The position numbers were made by a program, and so were the translations under genes. A stretch of 64,000 bases of DNA from an uncultured Gammaproteobacteria bacterium (GTDB lineage: Bacteria > Patescibacteriota > Microgenomatia > Levybacterales > GWA1-39-11), in NCBI GenBank assembly GCA_964425075.1, contig CAYRKM010000001.1:180031-244030 (forward strand). Reading direction: 5' to 3'. The notes under the pieces are model-generated. The model was not told the origin of the DNA and ran no database searches. It saw nothing but the letters and a program-made list of their open reading frames with translations. The number at the start of each line of letters is the position of its first letter. The stretch's first letter is position 1. Shown here in pieces: positions 1 through 9,421 of this stretch.

Positions 1-403
1 CCTCCAATATCCCATGAAAATAACCCCCTAAACATATATCCGGGTCTTGATTTAACATAATCTCTTTCCATCGCGATGGATCTTTTTTGAGCCCAATGCT
101 TGAAACATAATGTGCTATCAAATGACAGTCAGTCGCATCTTTATCTATTTTCTGCATTTCGCTCACTGTTTCCTGAACGTATGAAAGCTTCTTTTGTTTT
201 GCAAGAGAGGATAATTCCTTAACAAAACAGGTAAATTTTTGCTTTGAGCTACAGGTTGCTATTATTCTCTGTGCTGTTTTGTCAGGAGAAATAAAAACAT
301 TCACCCAGATCAAAAAACCTATCATTCCCAAACAAAAAATAGCCAGAAAAACGATAATGCTTTTTAAAATTAATGACTTATAAGGTCTCCTGTTTTTTAC
401 CAT
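1..403 (-). CDS. Cys-rich membrane-anchored protein, family paralog (partial; C-terminus lies beyond the window start)
   Basis: Manual translation of the reverse strand from the ATG at 403-401 gives MVKNRRPYKSLILKSIIVFLAIFCLGMIGFLIW (N-terminal TM helix), then ...CHLIAHYVSSIGLKKDPSRWKEIM...CLGGYFHGILE. This matches the YCHVLGHELSAREVKKDPSKWKDVL...GCLHGGLQE block of the ORFs at 2282-3496 and 3493-4767. The gene is not in the ORF track because it is truncated at the window edge. Confidence 0.5.
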   Translation of the reverse strand, partial: MVKNRRPYKSLILKSIIVFLAIFCLGMIGFLIWVNVFISPDKTAQRIIATCSSKQKFTCFVKELSSLAKQKKLSYVQETVSEMQKIDKDATDCHLIAHYVSSIGLKKDPSRWKEIMLNQDPDICLGGYFHGILE

Positions 404-464
404 TACAACTATTTTACAGGAACACGAATAAGGAAGTTAAGCTTTTAAAAAATTAAGCGGAGGT

Positions 465-1406
465 CTATCCTAAAGAAGCTCTGTGTTGTGCAAAGTCTTG
501 TTCAAAAACATCTACAGACATACCAAAGGCTTCAGAGAAAGCATCTCTAAAACTAGGCGCGGTTTGAGATACCCTTAAATAATCTCCTACTGCCGCCATG
601 CCCCTATCCCCTACCAATCTATCTATTGCCATATAGGCAAGCGCGTATGGATAGCCAACAAAACTATCTCCAGGCGTAAAGTTTTCAAGTCGTTTAATGC
701 TTGGTGTTGCTAACATTAAACCCTTATTGTATGCCCTTGCCTCCTCTTGAGTAAGTCTTCCACTATCAACCAATGCTGCATACCCAGCATACTCCGCTAT
801 ACCTTCTGTAACCCAGTCGTATTCTCCTTCATTGTTTACATTTTGCCCTTGATATGCGTGCATTAACTCATGAGCTGACAATTTTCTTTTAAGGTTTTCG
901 TTTAAACCTGTCCATCCACGACCACCAGTATTTATTGATACTCGTCTTGAACCGGATACCCCAGTATCCTTAGCTCCGGGAGAATAGCTTAAATGAACTT
1001 CGACCGGCTCAGTGATAGTCAACCCCAACGCATTATCGAAATAAACTCGTGCATTACTTATTGCATCTTGTGCAATTTCTCTATCCAAGACGGGAACGTT
1101 TTCACCAATTATAAAACTTAATTCTGCAGGTGTTTTAGGTTCTGTAATTGCATCGACCTGAGGCAAACCTGGTTCCACATCTGCCTGAACATCTTCAATT
1201 GCTGGCAGCACTCCAGCATTTATATCTGGAACTGAAGGTAAAGAACTCGAAGATTTTCTTCTACCTAGAACCTCTCTTCCAAGAATAGCGCTAGCTGTTG
1301 CAGTTCCCAAAACTCCAGCACCAGCAGCAACAATTGCCGCAGGCTTTCCATACTTCTCTAGGAAAGTTCTCCTTCCCATTGTTTGCCCCATTCTTGCTTC
1401 AGCCAT
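465..1406 (-). CDS. secreted zinc metallopeptidase-like protein (HExxH)
   Basis: An N-terminal hydrophobic signal/TM segment (AAIVAAGAGVLGTATASAILG) and an HELMHAYQG zincin motif (HExxH), with a downstream Glu-rich segment (EGEYDWVTEGIAEYAG) that may supply the third ligand. It is embedded in the Cys-rich paralog array. Confidence 0.5.
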   Translation of the reverse strand: MAEARMGQTMGRRTFLEKYGKPAAIVAAGAGVLGTATASAILGREVLGRRKSSSSLPSVPDINAGVLPAIEDVQADVEPGLPQVDAITEPKTPAELSFIIGENVPVLDREIAQDAISNARVYFDNALGLTITEPVEVHLSYSPGAKDTGVSGSRRVSINTGGRGWTGLNENLKRKLSAHELMHAYQGQNVNNEGEYDWVTEGIAEYAGYAALVDSGRLTQEEARAYNKGLMLATPSIKRLENFTPGDSFVGYPYALAYMAIDRLVGDRGMAAVGDYLRVSQTAPSFRDAFSEAFGMSVDVFEQDFAQHRASLG

Positions 1407-1450
1407 AATTTTATGTTAACGCTATAAGATGTGATTGTCAATAAATGTGT

Positions 1451-2257
1451 TTATTTTCCATCCCTAATTGCTTCAGGAAAACATGTTCCTTCAGGAAACC
1501 AGGGCGATTCAGGAGAAATACTGCAAGCACCGATAATACTGGTTCCATTACCGTCTGAGGTGGATACCCCATCCCTATAGGTAAAAAGGCTATCTAATCC
1601 TCCTTTTGAATTTGGTGAAAGTTTTTCTTTTACTGGAGAACCACCCTTTAGTTTAAAATTATTCCATGCCCCAAAGTTGTCCTCTTGAGAAACAACAATA
1701 AATTTTTCTACAGTAGTCTGAGCGGTTTCTTGACCTACGTCTCTTGCATTTACATTTGGAACTGTAATTAATATATCCGTATCTGAATGAACACCTGTTG
1801 GTGATTCATAATCTTGAAAACGTATTTTTACTCCATTTATATTAATTTCTGCGTAGCGTTCTGTTTGTGTCATCCCTGCGATTGTTACTTGCTGGGTTGT
1901 CAACTTTAAGGGCTCTGTTGGATGATATTCGGGTTTTAATCTCCTTTTAATATAATCATCTATTCTTTGCTCAGGCGTATTTTTGTTCACTTCAGGGGCA
2001 ACCGTTACAGACACCTCAGGAGTTAAAACAACCCTAGGCGTAGAAGTTGGTGCTGGCTCTGTGGGAATTGGCGTTATGATCCTTCCTTCGGGTGTTTGTG
2101 TAGAGTCATCAGCCTCGCCGCCTCCACAGGCAATTGCTGCAGCGGCTATAAAACCACCAGCTCCAAGCCCTAATCCTCTTGCTCGATTTCGTACTGATTG
2201 AGGTAAAAATTCCTTCATTAAGCTCATTATAGCATCTATTATAGGCTTGTCAAGCAC
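1451..2257 (-). CDS. putative lipoprotein / secreted hypothetical protein
   Basis: Signal peptide with a lipobox-like sequence FIAAAAIACGGGEADD, followed by Pro/Thr-rich linkers (TPIPTEPAPTSTP). No recognisable catalytic motif. Confidence 0.4.
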   Translation of the reverse strand: MLDKPIIDAIMSLMKEFLPQSVRNRARGLGLGAGGFIAAAAIACGGGEADDSTQTPEGRIITPIPTEPAPTSTPRVVLTPEVSVTVAPEVNKNTPEQRIDDYIKRRLKPEYHPTEPLKLTTQQVTIAGMTQTERYAEININGVKIRFQDYESPTGVHSDTDILITVPNVNARDVGQETAQTTVEKFIVVSQEDNFGAWNNFKLKGGSPVKEKLSPNSKGGLDSLFTYRDGVSTSDGNGTSIIGACSISPESPWFPEGTCFPEAIRDGK

Positions 2258-2281
2258 GCTTTGTTTACTCTTTTTTTGCTG

Positions 2282-3496
2282 TTAATTCCTCGAGCTATTC
2301 TGCTTGCCGATGCATTGCGTTTTCCACTTTTCTGGCAGGCTATTGCATACTTTCATAGACTCTTTTGAACCTGAATGGAAATTAAATGTAGAATATGTGA
2401 CGAGCTCATCATAGCATTCGTCACCAACATTTAAATTGTTTGCAGTATTACAAAGCTCTACTGCCTTTTCGATATTACGATAATCAACCTCTATCATTCT
2501 TGAAGCTGCGTTTGCAAAACACAACCCTCTTCGCTCAAGGTTTATTTCTTTACAAAAATCAATTACTCTTTTTGAATCTAAATTTAGCTGTGAAGTAATA
2601 ATATAAAAAAGCGCATTAAAACATCTTTGTCTGTAATTCGTTTCAGCCTTATTGCAGAACTTCTCCAAACCCTGTGGCTTGGTTATTTCATCAGAAAAAA
2701 GAGGCCAACTTTCACTATGACACGAGGCTTTTTCAGTGTTAGAATAGCTAGCGCAAAATTTATCTACCGTGTCTTTTGTTGGCTGTTTGCCTTTGACTAA
2801 TGCAAAATCTTCCGGTTCAAGTGGCTGAAACATTTGCATAAAAACCCCGTCGTAACAAACCTGCCTCCAGTCTGTTTTATCCTTCAATGCAACCTTACCG
2901 CATAAGGATAAGGCTTTTGGAATATCGGCATTTGTTACATACATCATCAAATGACCCATCGCGTGATAACAGGAGCCCTGCTCCAATCCTGTTGGATTCC
3001 AAGTATCTCGAGGCTCACACAATACCATGAAATCCTTAAGATACTCTTTAATCTGAGAATCCGTCAAAGACTCTGCTCTAAATTTTTCCTGAAGTCCACC
3101 ATGCAAACATCCATTTGAACACTGCCCACTTGGACATCTTGTCAATACATCTTTCCACTTTGATGGATCTTTCTTAACTTCCCTTGCTGAAAGTTCATGA
3201 CCCAACACATGACAGTACGCATATGATGTATCAAAATCTTGAACAATCTTTGTAACTTGGAATGCCTGTTCCATAGAAATTTTATCCATAAGTTTTGGAA
3301 TTTCCTCGTCATAACACTTAGGCTTAAATGGTGCATCTTTACATTTTGCAATCATCTGCTCGGCATATTTCTTTAAAACTTCATGACTTATATTTTTTAC
3401 CTGCCACTCACTATTCGCTTTTAAAAATACAATAAGCTCAGCAACAATTAATAATGCTAATACAAAAATGGTAATTCTCATTCTTTTCGTTTTCAT
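2282..3496 (-). CDS. Cys-rich membrane-anchored protein, paralog A (unknown family; duplicated HxxGH motifs)
   Basis: N-terminal TM helix (ITIFVLALLIVAELIVFL) and about 22 Cys residues. Motifs YCHVLGHELS, GCLHGGLQE, CYHAMGHLMM and CYDGVFMQMFQPLEPEDFALVK. Roughly 50% identical to the neighbouring ORF at 3493-4767. Confidence 0.6.
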   Translation of the reverse strand: MKTKRMRITIFVLALLIVAELIVFLKANSEWQVKNISHEVLKKYAEQMIAKCKDAPFKPKCYDEEIPKLMDKISMEQAFQVTKIVQDFDTSYAYCHVLGHELSAREVKKDPSKWKDVLTRCPSGQCSNGCLHGGLQEKFRAESLTDSQIKEYLKDFMVLCEPRDTWNPTGLEQGSCYHAMGHLMMYVTNADIPKALSLCGKVALKDKTDWRQVCYDGVFMQMFQPLEPEDFALVKGKQPTKDTVDKFCASYSNTEKASCHSESWPLFSDEITKPQGLEKFCNKAETNYRQRCFNALFYIITSQLNLDSKRVIDFCKEINLERRGLCFANAASRMIEVDYRNIEKAVELCNTANNLNVGDECYDELVTYSTFNFHSGSKESMKVCNSLPEKWKTQCIGKQNSSRN

Positions 3497-4767
3497 AAGG
3501 TATTGTTAGATGGCTGCTCTTTTTTAAAACATTTTTCTTGCCATGGTTGAGGTAAATTTGTACAAAAATCGTTAAATTCAGAAGAAATGGGCTTAAACCC
3601 AAAAGTACCCATTGGATACAATTTCTCAAAGCAGTAGTCCTCAAAACCCGCGTCCTTTGCTATTTTACAGATTGAAATAGCCTCATTTGCGTAGTTTGGT
3701 GAAATATTTATCATTCTTATCGCAGCATCTGCAAAACACCAGGACATTTCACTTTCTGGCAATGTTGTACAGAAATCATAAAGCGCGTTGATATTTTTTT
3801 GATTTACCATGAAATATACAGTAAGAAAACTCATCCCAGCAGAAATACAACGTCTACGCTCAAATGCATCCTCAGAATAAGAACAAAATTTAATAAGACC
3901 CTGAGGAGACTTAATTTCTTCCCTAAATAATGCCCATGACTCAGCATGACAAGTTCCTATATATTTCTTATTATAGCTATTACAAAAAGAGTCGATATTT
4001 TCTTTTTTAGGTGTAAGTTTTTTTACTAAAGCGTAGTCTTCAGGCTCTAAGGGCTGAAAAACTTGCATAAAAACCCCCTGCGTACATGTCTGTACACGAC
4101 TCTCTCCACTTGGTCTTACTGCTACCTCTTCGCAAATAGAAAGGGACTTATTAATGTCCGCATTTGTCATAAACATTGCAAGATGTCCAATGCCGTGATA
4201 ACACATTGAGATTTCTACAGGCACTGGATTCCACTTTCCTCTTGGCTCACAGATTGTTTTCATTTCAGGTAAAAGTTTTTCTATTTGGGAGTCGGTCAAG
4301 CTTTCTGAATTGAAAATTTCAAGCAATGGTCCATGCAAGCACCCATTGTTACACATTGTCGTTGGACATCTTGCTATCACATCTTTCCACTTTGAAGGAT
4401 CTTTTTGCGTCTCTCTACCAGACAATTTGTGCCCCAAAACGTGACAGTAATTGTACTGAGAATCTTTCGTCTGAATAACTTTAGTGACACGAAATGCATC
4501 CTCCATCGTAATTTTATCCATAAGTTTTGGAATTTCTCTGTCATAACATGAAGGGTGATATTTGGAATCTTTACACTCCTCTATTACCATTGAGGCATAC
4601 TTAGCAACTTCATTTTCGGATAGAATATTTCCAATTGCATCCTCTTTTTTAAATAAAGATAGAGCAAGAATAACTCCTTCGATAAAGGCTATAATCAAAA
4701 ACACTCCAATAATTAAAACCATTAATTTATGGCTCCTTTTTAAGTTTTTATTTTTCCTTTTAGTCAT
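3493..4767 (-). CDS. Cys-rich membrane-anchored protein, paralog B
   Basis: N-terminal TM helix; YCHVLGHKLS, GCLHGPLLE, CYHGIGHLAMF, CTQGVFMQVFQPLEPEDYALVK. Its stop overlaps the start of the next gene by 4 nt, so the two read as an operon. Confidence 0.6.
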   Translation of the reverse strand: MTKRKNKNLKRSHKLMVLIIGVFLIIAFIEGVILALSLFKKEDAIGNILSENEVAKYASMVIEECKDSKYHPSCYDREIPKLMDKITMEDAFRVTKVIQTKDSQYNYCHVLGHKLSGRETQKDPSKWKDVIARCPTTMCNNGCLHGPLLEIFNSESLTDSQIEKLLPEMKTICEPRGKWNPVPVEISMCYHGIGHLAMFMTNADINKSLSICEEVAVRPSGESRVQTCTQGVFMQVFQPLEPEDYALVKKLTPKKENIDSFCNSYNKKYIGTCHAESWALFREEIKSPQGLIKFCSYSEDAFERRRCISAGMSFLTVYFMVNQKNINALYDFCTTLPESEMSWCFADAAIRMINISPNYANEAISICKIAKDAGFEDYCFEKLYPMGTFGFKPISSEFNDFCTNLPQPWQEKCFKKEQPSNNTL

Positions 4768-4775
4768 ATATTCAA

Positions 4776-5804
4776 TTAATTTGCATCAGAACATAAATAT
4801 TCCAAAGAGCTTGGCAGCGGATCACAAATTTTTGATACCAAATGACGATATTGTGGATTAGCAAAAAATGCCCAAGCAGCTCCAACCTGACAATAATTTT
4901 TACCTTCTTCAGTAGGCATTAGGCTACATTTTGAAAGGGCCTCTTCGACTTTGTAGCTAGGTGCTGGAATTACATTTCCAATTCCTCGAAAACATACTCT
5001 CCGCTCGTCATCATTTGAAATTTCACCACAAAACTCCCCTATCTTTTTAAAATCATCAAGAAAAATACTTTCCCACCATTGACCCAAACTAAAATAACAA
5101 GCTTGTCTAAATCTTTCTGGTACTTCACTGTTGCATGGATAATATGGATTTTTATCGTTAAATTCTCTTATTTGAGAGTCCTTCGCAGACAAGCTAAGTG
5201 GTACATTATATTGCATAAAAACCCCATCCTGACAACCATGCAATTTGCCTTGCCATGTAAGGGTGGCGCACATATTTAAAGCTTCTACAAGCTTGTCCTC
5301 CCCTAAGTATTCTAGCAATCCATGCCCAATTCCATGGGGACAACCAAGGCCTTTAATGCCATACTTCTCTATACACAGCTTATCCAATTCTGGTAAAACC
5401 TCTGGGCCTTCAACGGGTAAAATTGAAAGGAAAAAACCATGAAAACATCCAAATCCAAAGTCATTTCCACAAACTAACATGCCCCTTTTTCCCTCTTTTT
5501 CATACAACAATTCACCAAACATATGCATTACTCCGTGCTGAATACCAACTTGTTCATTCTCAAAATGGGAAACGATATTTTTATAAACCTCACTCGATGA
5601 ATTATTCAAAAGTGCCTCTTTTAGGATTTTTCTATTTTTAACAAGATCTGCATCAATCCCTCCTAGATAATTAACTTTCTTAGAATTTGCCGGTCTTGAA
5701 AGAGCAAAAGCAGTTGTCAGAATTGCAATAAACGAAATATTAATTAGTAATAAAATTACAATTATATTTTTTTTGGAAAGAAATTTTTTTTTATTCCTAC
5801 TCAT
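4776..5804 (-). CDS. Cys-rich membrane-anchored protein, paralog C (divergent)
   Basis: N-terminal TM helix (IIVILLLINISFIAILTTAFAL); GCFHGFFLSI, CPHGIGHGLLEY, CQDGVFMQYNVPL. Same architecture as A and B but much more diverged. Confidence 0.55.
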   Translation of the reverse strand: MSRNKKKFLSKKNIIVILLLINISFIAILTTAFALSRPANSKKVNYLGGIDADLVKNRKILKEALLNNSSSEVYKNIVSHFENEQVGIQHGVMHMFGELLYEKEGKRGMLVCGNDFGFGCFHGFFLSILPVEGPEVLPELDKLCIEKYGIKGLGCPHGIGHGLLEYLGEDKLVEALNMCATLTWQGKLHGCQDGVFMQYNVPLSLSAKDSQIREFNDKNPYYPCNSEVPERFRQACYFSLGQWWESIFLDDFKKIGEFCGEISNDDERRVCFRGIGNVIPAPSYKVEEALSKCSLMPTEEGKNYCQVGAAWAFFANPQYRHLVSKICDPLPSSLEYLCSDAN

Positions 5805-7011
5805 AGCTACACTCCTTTTGATATTGAGGTGGAATAGCCTGACAATACTCCTTTAGTTTTTCGACTCTATAAAATTTGACCATTCCTGTCAGATTTGAAA
5901 AACATTCTTTCTCAATATTCTCAGATGATAATAACTTACAAAACTTAATTGCTGCCGAAACGTCGTTCTCCCCTCCCCAGTAGATACTTGCTAACGCACT
6001 TATATTGCAATAAGTCTTACCTTTTTCGTTATCTGCAAGAGAACACCAGTTTATTGTTTGTTTGAGCTCCTCGGGCGTCATATTTGAAATATTACGAATA
6101 TCCCTTCCCTTTGCAAAAACAACAAATTCTTTACCAAATCCGCCATAACAAGCCTGTCGATAGACTTCCTCTTTAAGCACATTGCAGTATGGAAATGATT
6201 TTTCAAAATCCTGAGGCTGAGGATTACTTAAATTTCCACCTGCGAATTTAAATAGATGTGGGGTAAGATACGTAAAACATTGTGAGCGAACCTCAGCAGG
6301 CATAAAATCTGCCGTACATGGATATAGGGGATCTGATGTCGTAAGGTAAAATTCAGATTGCTTGGTCCATAATTCTTTATCATGATCCCCACCTGAAATT
6401 ATTTCCATAATTGCCCCTCCCACACATTCAGGAAACTCTCTTCCACCACTTTTTCCGGTTTTTGTTTTTTCACAGAGGGCAATAGTTTTTGGCAAGTCAT
6501 AACCGGTAAAGGCAAGCACTCCATGACCTAAACCATGAAAGCACATATTATATGCACCTTTTCCACCTGGGGCCTTTTCACATGATTTCTCAATTTCAGG
6601 AAGCGCCGCCTCCCCCTTGTCTGAAAATAGACCAACTACTATAGTGTGTGAACAAGCATTTCTAAAGTCTTGGGTACAATATTGCATTCCCTCTGCTCCT
6701 TTTTGAATATATAAAATCTCCCCAACAACATGACCCAACAAATGCATATCAACATTTGGTTGAAATGGAATCCGCTTAAGAACCTCAAAAGCATAAACCG
6801 CCCCCTTCTTTTGAGCAAGAGAGGTAAAATAATCATCTAATTCTTTACCGTTAAAATGTTTTCCTTCGAAATATTTCAGTTCAGAAAAATCATTCCTCTC
6901 TCCTTGAGTTGATTTTATGTAGAAAAATAAAAGAAAAAGAATATTGACAATAAGAAGAATTGCTATCGCAGACAGAAGGAAAATCTTTCTTTTTTTAAAT
7001 GCTCTTACCAT
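5797..7011 (-). CDS. Cys-rich membrane-anchored protein, paralog D (divergent)
   Basis: N-terminal TM helix (IFLLSAIAILLIVNILFLLFFYI); MHLLGHVVGEILY and MCFHGLGHGVLAF (HxxGH, two copies); Cys spacing as in paralog C. Overlaps paralog C by 8 nt. Confidence 0.55.
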   Translation of the reverse strand: MVRAFKKRKIFLLSAIAILLIVNILFLLFFYIKSTQGERNDFSELKYFEGKHFNGKELDDYFTSLAQKKGAVYAFEVLKRIPFQPNVDMHLLGHVVGEILYIQKGAEGMQYCTQDFRNACSHTIVVGLFSDKGEAALPEIEKSCEKAPGGKGAYNMCFHGLGHGVLAFTGYDLPKTIALCEKTKTGKSGGREFPECVGGAIMEIISGGDHDKELWTKQSEFYLTTSDPLYPCTADFMPAEVRSQCFTYLTPHLFKFAGGNLSNPQPQDFEKSFPYCNVLKEEVYRQACYGGFGKEFVVFAKGRDIRNISNMTPEELKQTINWCSLADNEKGKTYCNISALASIYWGGENDVSAAIKFCKLLSSENIEKECFSNLTGMVKFYRVEKLKEYCQAIPPQYQKECSYE

Positions 7012-7052
7012 ATACTAAGGATAGCGCATTACCAATAACAAAAAAAGTGAAA

Positions 7053-7619
7053 TTATTCTTTGGGGGTGACAAAAAAGAAACCGGCAACGCCACTTAAATC
7101 ATCACAAATGTATCCATACAACCCATTTCCTCGTCCAAAATCAGCCTTGAAAGTCTCCGTAGAATTTGCCTTTACGGTAAACTTCTTCTCTCCAATAATA
7201 ATTGTGTGATCTGATGTATCTGAATTTACTACATCAAACTCCTGTCCATTAACCAGCTTCATGTCCAAAGGAGATGGCCCGTTACATTTGTTAAGTTGCA
7301 AAGCTGATGCCTCTTTGGCTAGTTTTTTCCCAATTTGATAATGAGCATTTCTTTGTGCTTCTGAAGCAGTCTGACCAGGTGGTGTCATAAGTGCAAGCTC
7401 TTCCTCACTAAGTCCTTCTGGGAGAGGTCTTTTTGGCTTTGAATTTGATGCTTGTTTCGCAGCTGTATTAGATGAGGATTTTGAAGTTGCGGAGTTTTGA
7501 GGTAAAAATCGATCTAGGAATCCTTGTTTGTATATTGCAAAACCCAATCCCACCGCAACAAGCGCTAGAATTATTATTATCCAAACTAATTTTTTCTCCG
7601 AAACGTTCGTTGGGTTCAT
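7053..7619 (-). CDS. membrane-anchored secreted hypothetical protein
   Basis: N-terminal TM helix (LVWIIIILALVAVGLGFAIY), then a Ser/Lys-rich linker and a C-terminal globular region. No motif recognised. Confidence 0.4.
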   Translation of the reverse strand: MNPTNVSEKKLVWIIIILALVAVGLGFAIYKQGFLDRFLPQNSATSKSSSNTAAKQASNSKPKRPLPEGLSEEELALMTPPGQTASEAQRNAHYQIGKKLAKEASALQLNKCNGPSPLDMKLVNGQEFDVVNSDTSDHTIIIGEKKFTVKANSTETFKADFGRGNGLYGYICDDLSGVAGFFFVTPKE

Positions 7620-7657
7620 AGTTAAAGATTACATCCTTTTTTTCTTACAGTCAATAT

Positions 7658-8230
7658 TTATAAAGCTGATGGGCTTGCCGTATTTGGAGCCCTCTCGGGA
7701 AATAGAAAAATTCTTTTAAGATCCCATGCCCCATTTTTCGCATCAAACATAACGGATAAATTTACTTTTAAACCCACATTCAAATCTCCAATATTTGCTG
7801 GTTGAGGAGGCGAACCTATTTTCCCTTTCGCAATAACTGTGTCATCTGTAATTGTGAATTGTGGCACTTGTAAATTGGGGTCTGTCGTTGACGATACAGT
7901 AACAATTCTCTTCGTCGGATCATACGCACTTATATTTACCCCTTCCAGGGTATAGTACAGAGATGCGGTAGATACAGATATACTTGCGGGATCAATTGGA
8001 AAACTTTTTGCAATTTCAGTTTGTGCCTTAAAACCATTGCCACCAGCTTGATGAGGCAACCAACCAAATATTTGCGGGTTATTTTGTGACAAAGGTAAGA
8101 CGTTAACAAAATTTAAAAGAAGCAAAATATATAAAAGAACTACTACTCCTATAAGTCCAAGAACAAGCAAAACTTTTTTTGAAGAGTTATTTGAATTTTT
8201 GGAAGGATAAGTAAGAGCCGTGTTCTCCAT
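7658..8230 (-). CDS. membrane-anchored hypothetical protein
   Basis: N-terminal TM helix (VLLVLGLIGVVVLLYILLLLNFV). The extracytoplasmic part has no recognisable motif. Confidence 0.4.
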   Translation of the reverse strand: MENTALTYPSKNSNNSSKKVLLVLGLIGVVVLLYILLLLNFVNVLPLSQNNPQIFGWLPHQAGGNGFKAQTEIAKSFPIDPASISVSTASLYYTLEGVNISAYDPTKRIVTVSSTTDPNLQVPQFTITDDTVIAKGKIGSPPQPANIGDLNVGLKVNLSVMFDAKNGAWDLKRIFLFPERAPNTASPSAL

Positions 8231-8272
8231 AATTTCAGTGTAATAATTTTAGGCTATCGGTGTCAATGAGGC

Positions 8273-8680
8273 TTATTTGGAAACAATAATTTTACCAGTG
8301 TAATATGGAGCTAGGTGGTCATGAAATCCCCATTGCCCCTCCTTTTTGAATGTAAAACTCCAGGTTTTGTCAGGCATTATTGCGTCTTTTGGATCAAATT
8401 CAGGAAAAATTCCATGCGTTGGATGAAGATTTGAAGCTGGCCAAAATGGCTTACCAAGAATTGTTTTAAACTCTACAGTATCTCCCTTTTTTATTCGTAC
8501 ATTATTGGGCACAAACCCATCTTCTTTAAGCTCAACAATAATTACTTTGCCTGTGCTTGTATTTGAATTCAAATATTTCACTCCGAAAACTACTCCTGCT
8601 ATCAAAAAAATTGCAATTATAATTAAGGGGAAGAATTTCTTCACAAGATTAATATTAAAACTTGCGGAAGAAATGTTCAA
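8273..8680 (-). CDS. membrane-anchored cupredoxin-like domain protein (no Cu-ligand Cys)
   Basis: N-terminal TM helix. GFVPNNVRIKKGDTVEFKT and WGFHDHLAPYYTGKIIV resemble cupredoxin / EfeO-like beta-sandwich strands. The protein contains no cysteine, so it is not a blue-copper site. Confidence 0.35.
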   Translation of the reverse strand: MNISSASFNINLVKKFFPLIIIAIFLIAGVVFGVKYLNSNTSTGKVIIVELKEDGFVPNNVRIKKGDTVEFKTILGKPFWPASNLHPTHGIFPEFDPKDAIMPDKTWSFTFKKEGQWGFHDHLAPYYTGKIIVSK

Positions 8681-8719
8681 GATTTAAAGAAAAAATCATT
8701 AATGCTATAATGCCATTGA

Positions 8720-9415
8720 ATGGACAACAATGGCGCTGCTTTCTTGAAAAGACTCAAGAATCTATGGATAGAACCTGACTTTACATATTTCTTTAAAAAA
8801 TTTGCCAAACGCCCTCCCCTACTAATAAAGGCAGGAAAAACAATCTTTTACGAAGGTGATGAACCTGGAAAGCTCTACTTTGTTAAAAAAGGCTTTGTAA
8901 AGATGTATAGAATGTCTGAGGAAGGAAGAAGTACCGTTATCTATCTTTATGGACCCGGAAGTCTTCTTGGAGTCCGCGCTCTAACATCAGAAGACAGACA
9001 ATTAAAACATACTGCAGAAGCAATGACAGACGTTGAAATTATTACTTTGTCAGAAGAAGATTATCTTAATGCTTTATCAACCAATCCTGAATATCTAGTA
9101 GATCTTCTTCAAGTCTTTATAAAACGCCTGAATTACACTGAAAGAAAACTTGAAGGATTTATTTTAACCGATGTTACTGCAAGAGTGGCAAGTTTTCTTT
9201 ATGATCTCGTAATCAGATTTGGAATAAACAAAAACGGCAAGGTAGATCTTCCTCTACCATTAACACACCAAACAATAGCTGAGTTTGTGGGAGCTTTTAG
9301 AGAGACAGTGACTCTTGCAATGAATAGACTAAGAAAAGAGGCAATACTTGACGACAAACGAGGAAAAATAACTATTCTTAACACAAAAAAACTTAAAGAA
9401 CAAACGCTTGCCTAG
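8720..9415 (+). CDS. Crp/Fnr-family transcriptional regulator
   Basis: N-terminal cNMP-binding-like beta-roll (IFYEGDEPGKLYFVKKGFVKMYRMSEEGRSTVIYLYGPGSLLG) and a C-terminal HTH (HQTIAEFVGAFRETVTLAMNRLRKEAIL). Confidence 0.75.
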   Translation: MDNNGAAFLKRLKNLWIEPDFTYFFKKFAKRPPLLIKAGKTIFYEGDEPGKLYFVKKGFVKMYRMSEEGRSTVIYLYGPGSLLGVRALTSEDRQLKHTAEAMTDVEIITLSEEDYLNALSTNPEYLVDLLQVFIKRLNYTERKLEGFILTDVTARVASFLYDLVIRFGINKNGKVDLPLPLTHQTIAEFVGAFRETVTLAMNRLRKEAILDDKRGKITILNTKKLKEQTLA

Positions 9416-9421
9416 GTTTTG

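Noticed and set aside
3142-3644. Small minus-strand ORFs (3142-3351 and 3438-3644) inside the Cys-rich paralog genes
   Set aside because: These are alternative frames nested within the much longer, motif-bearing ORFs.
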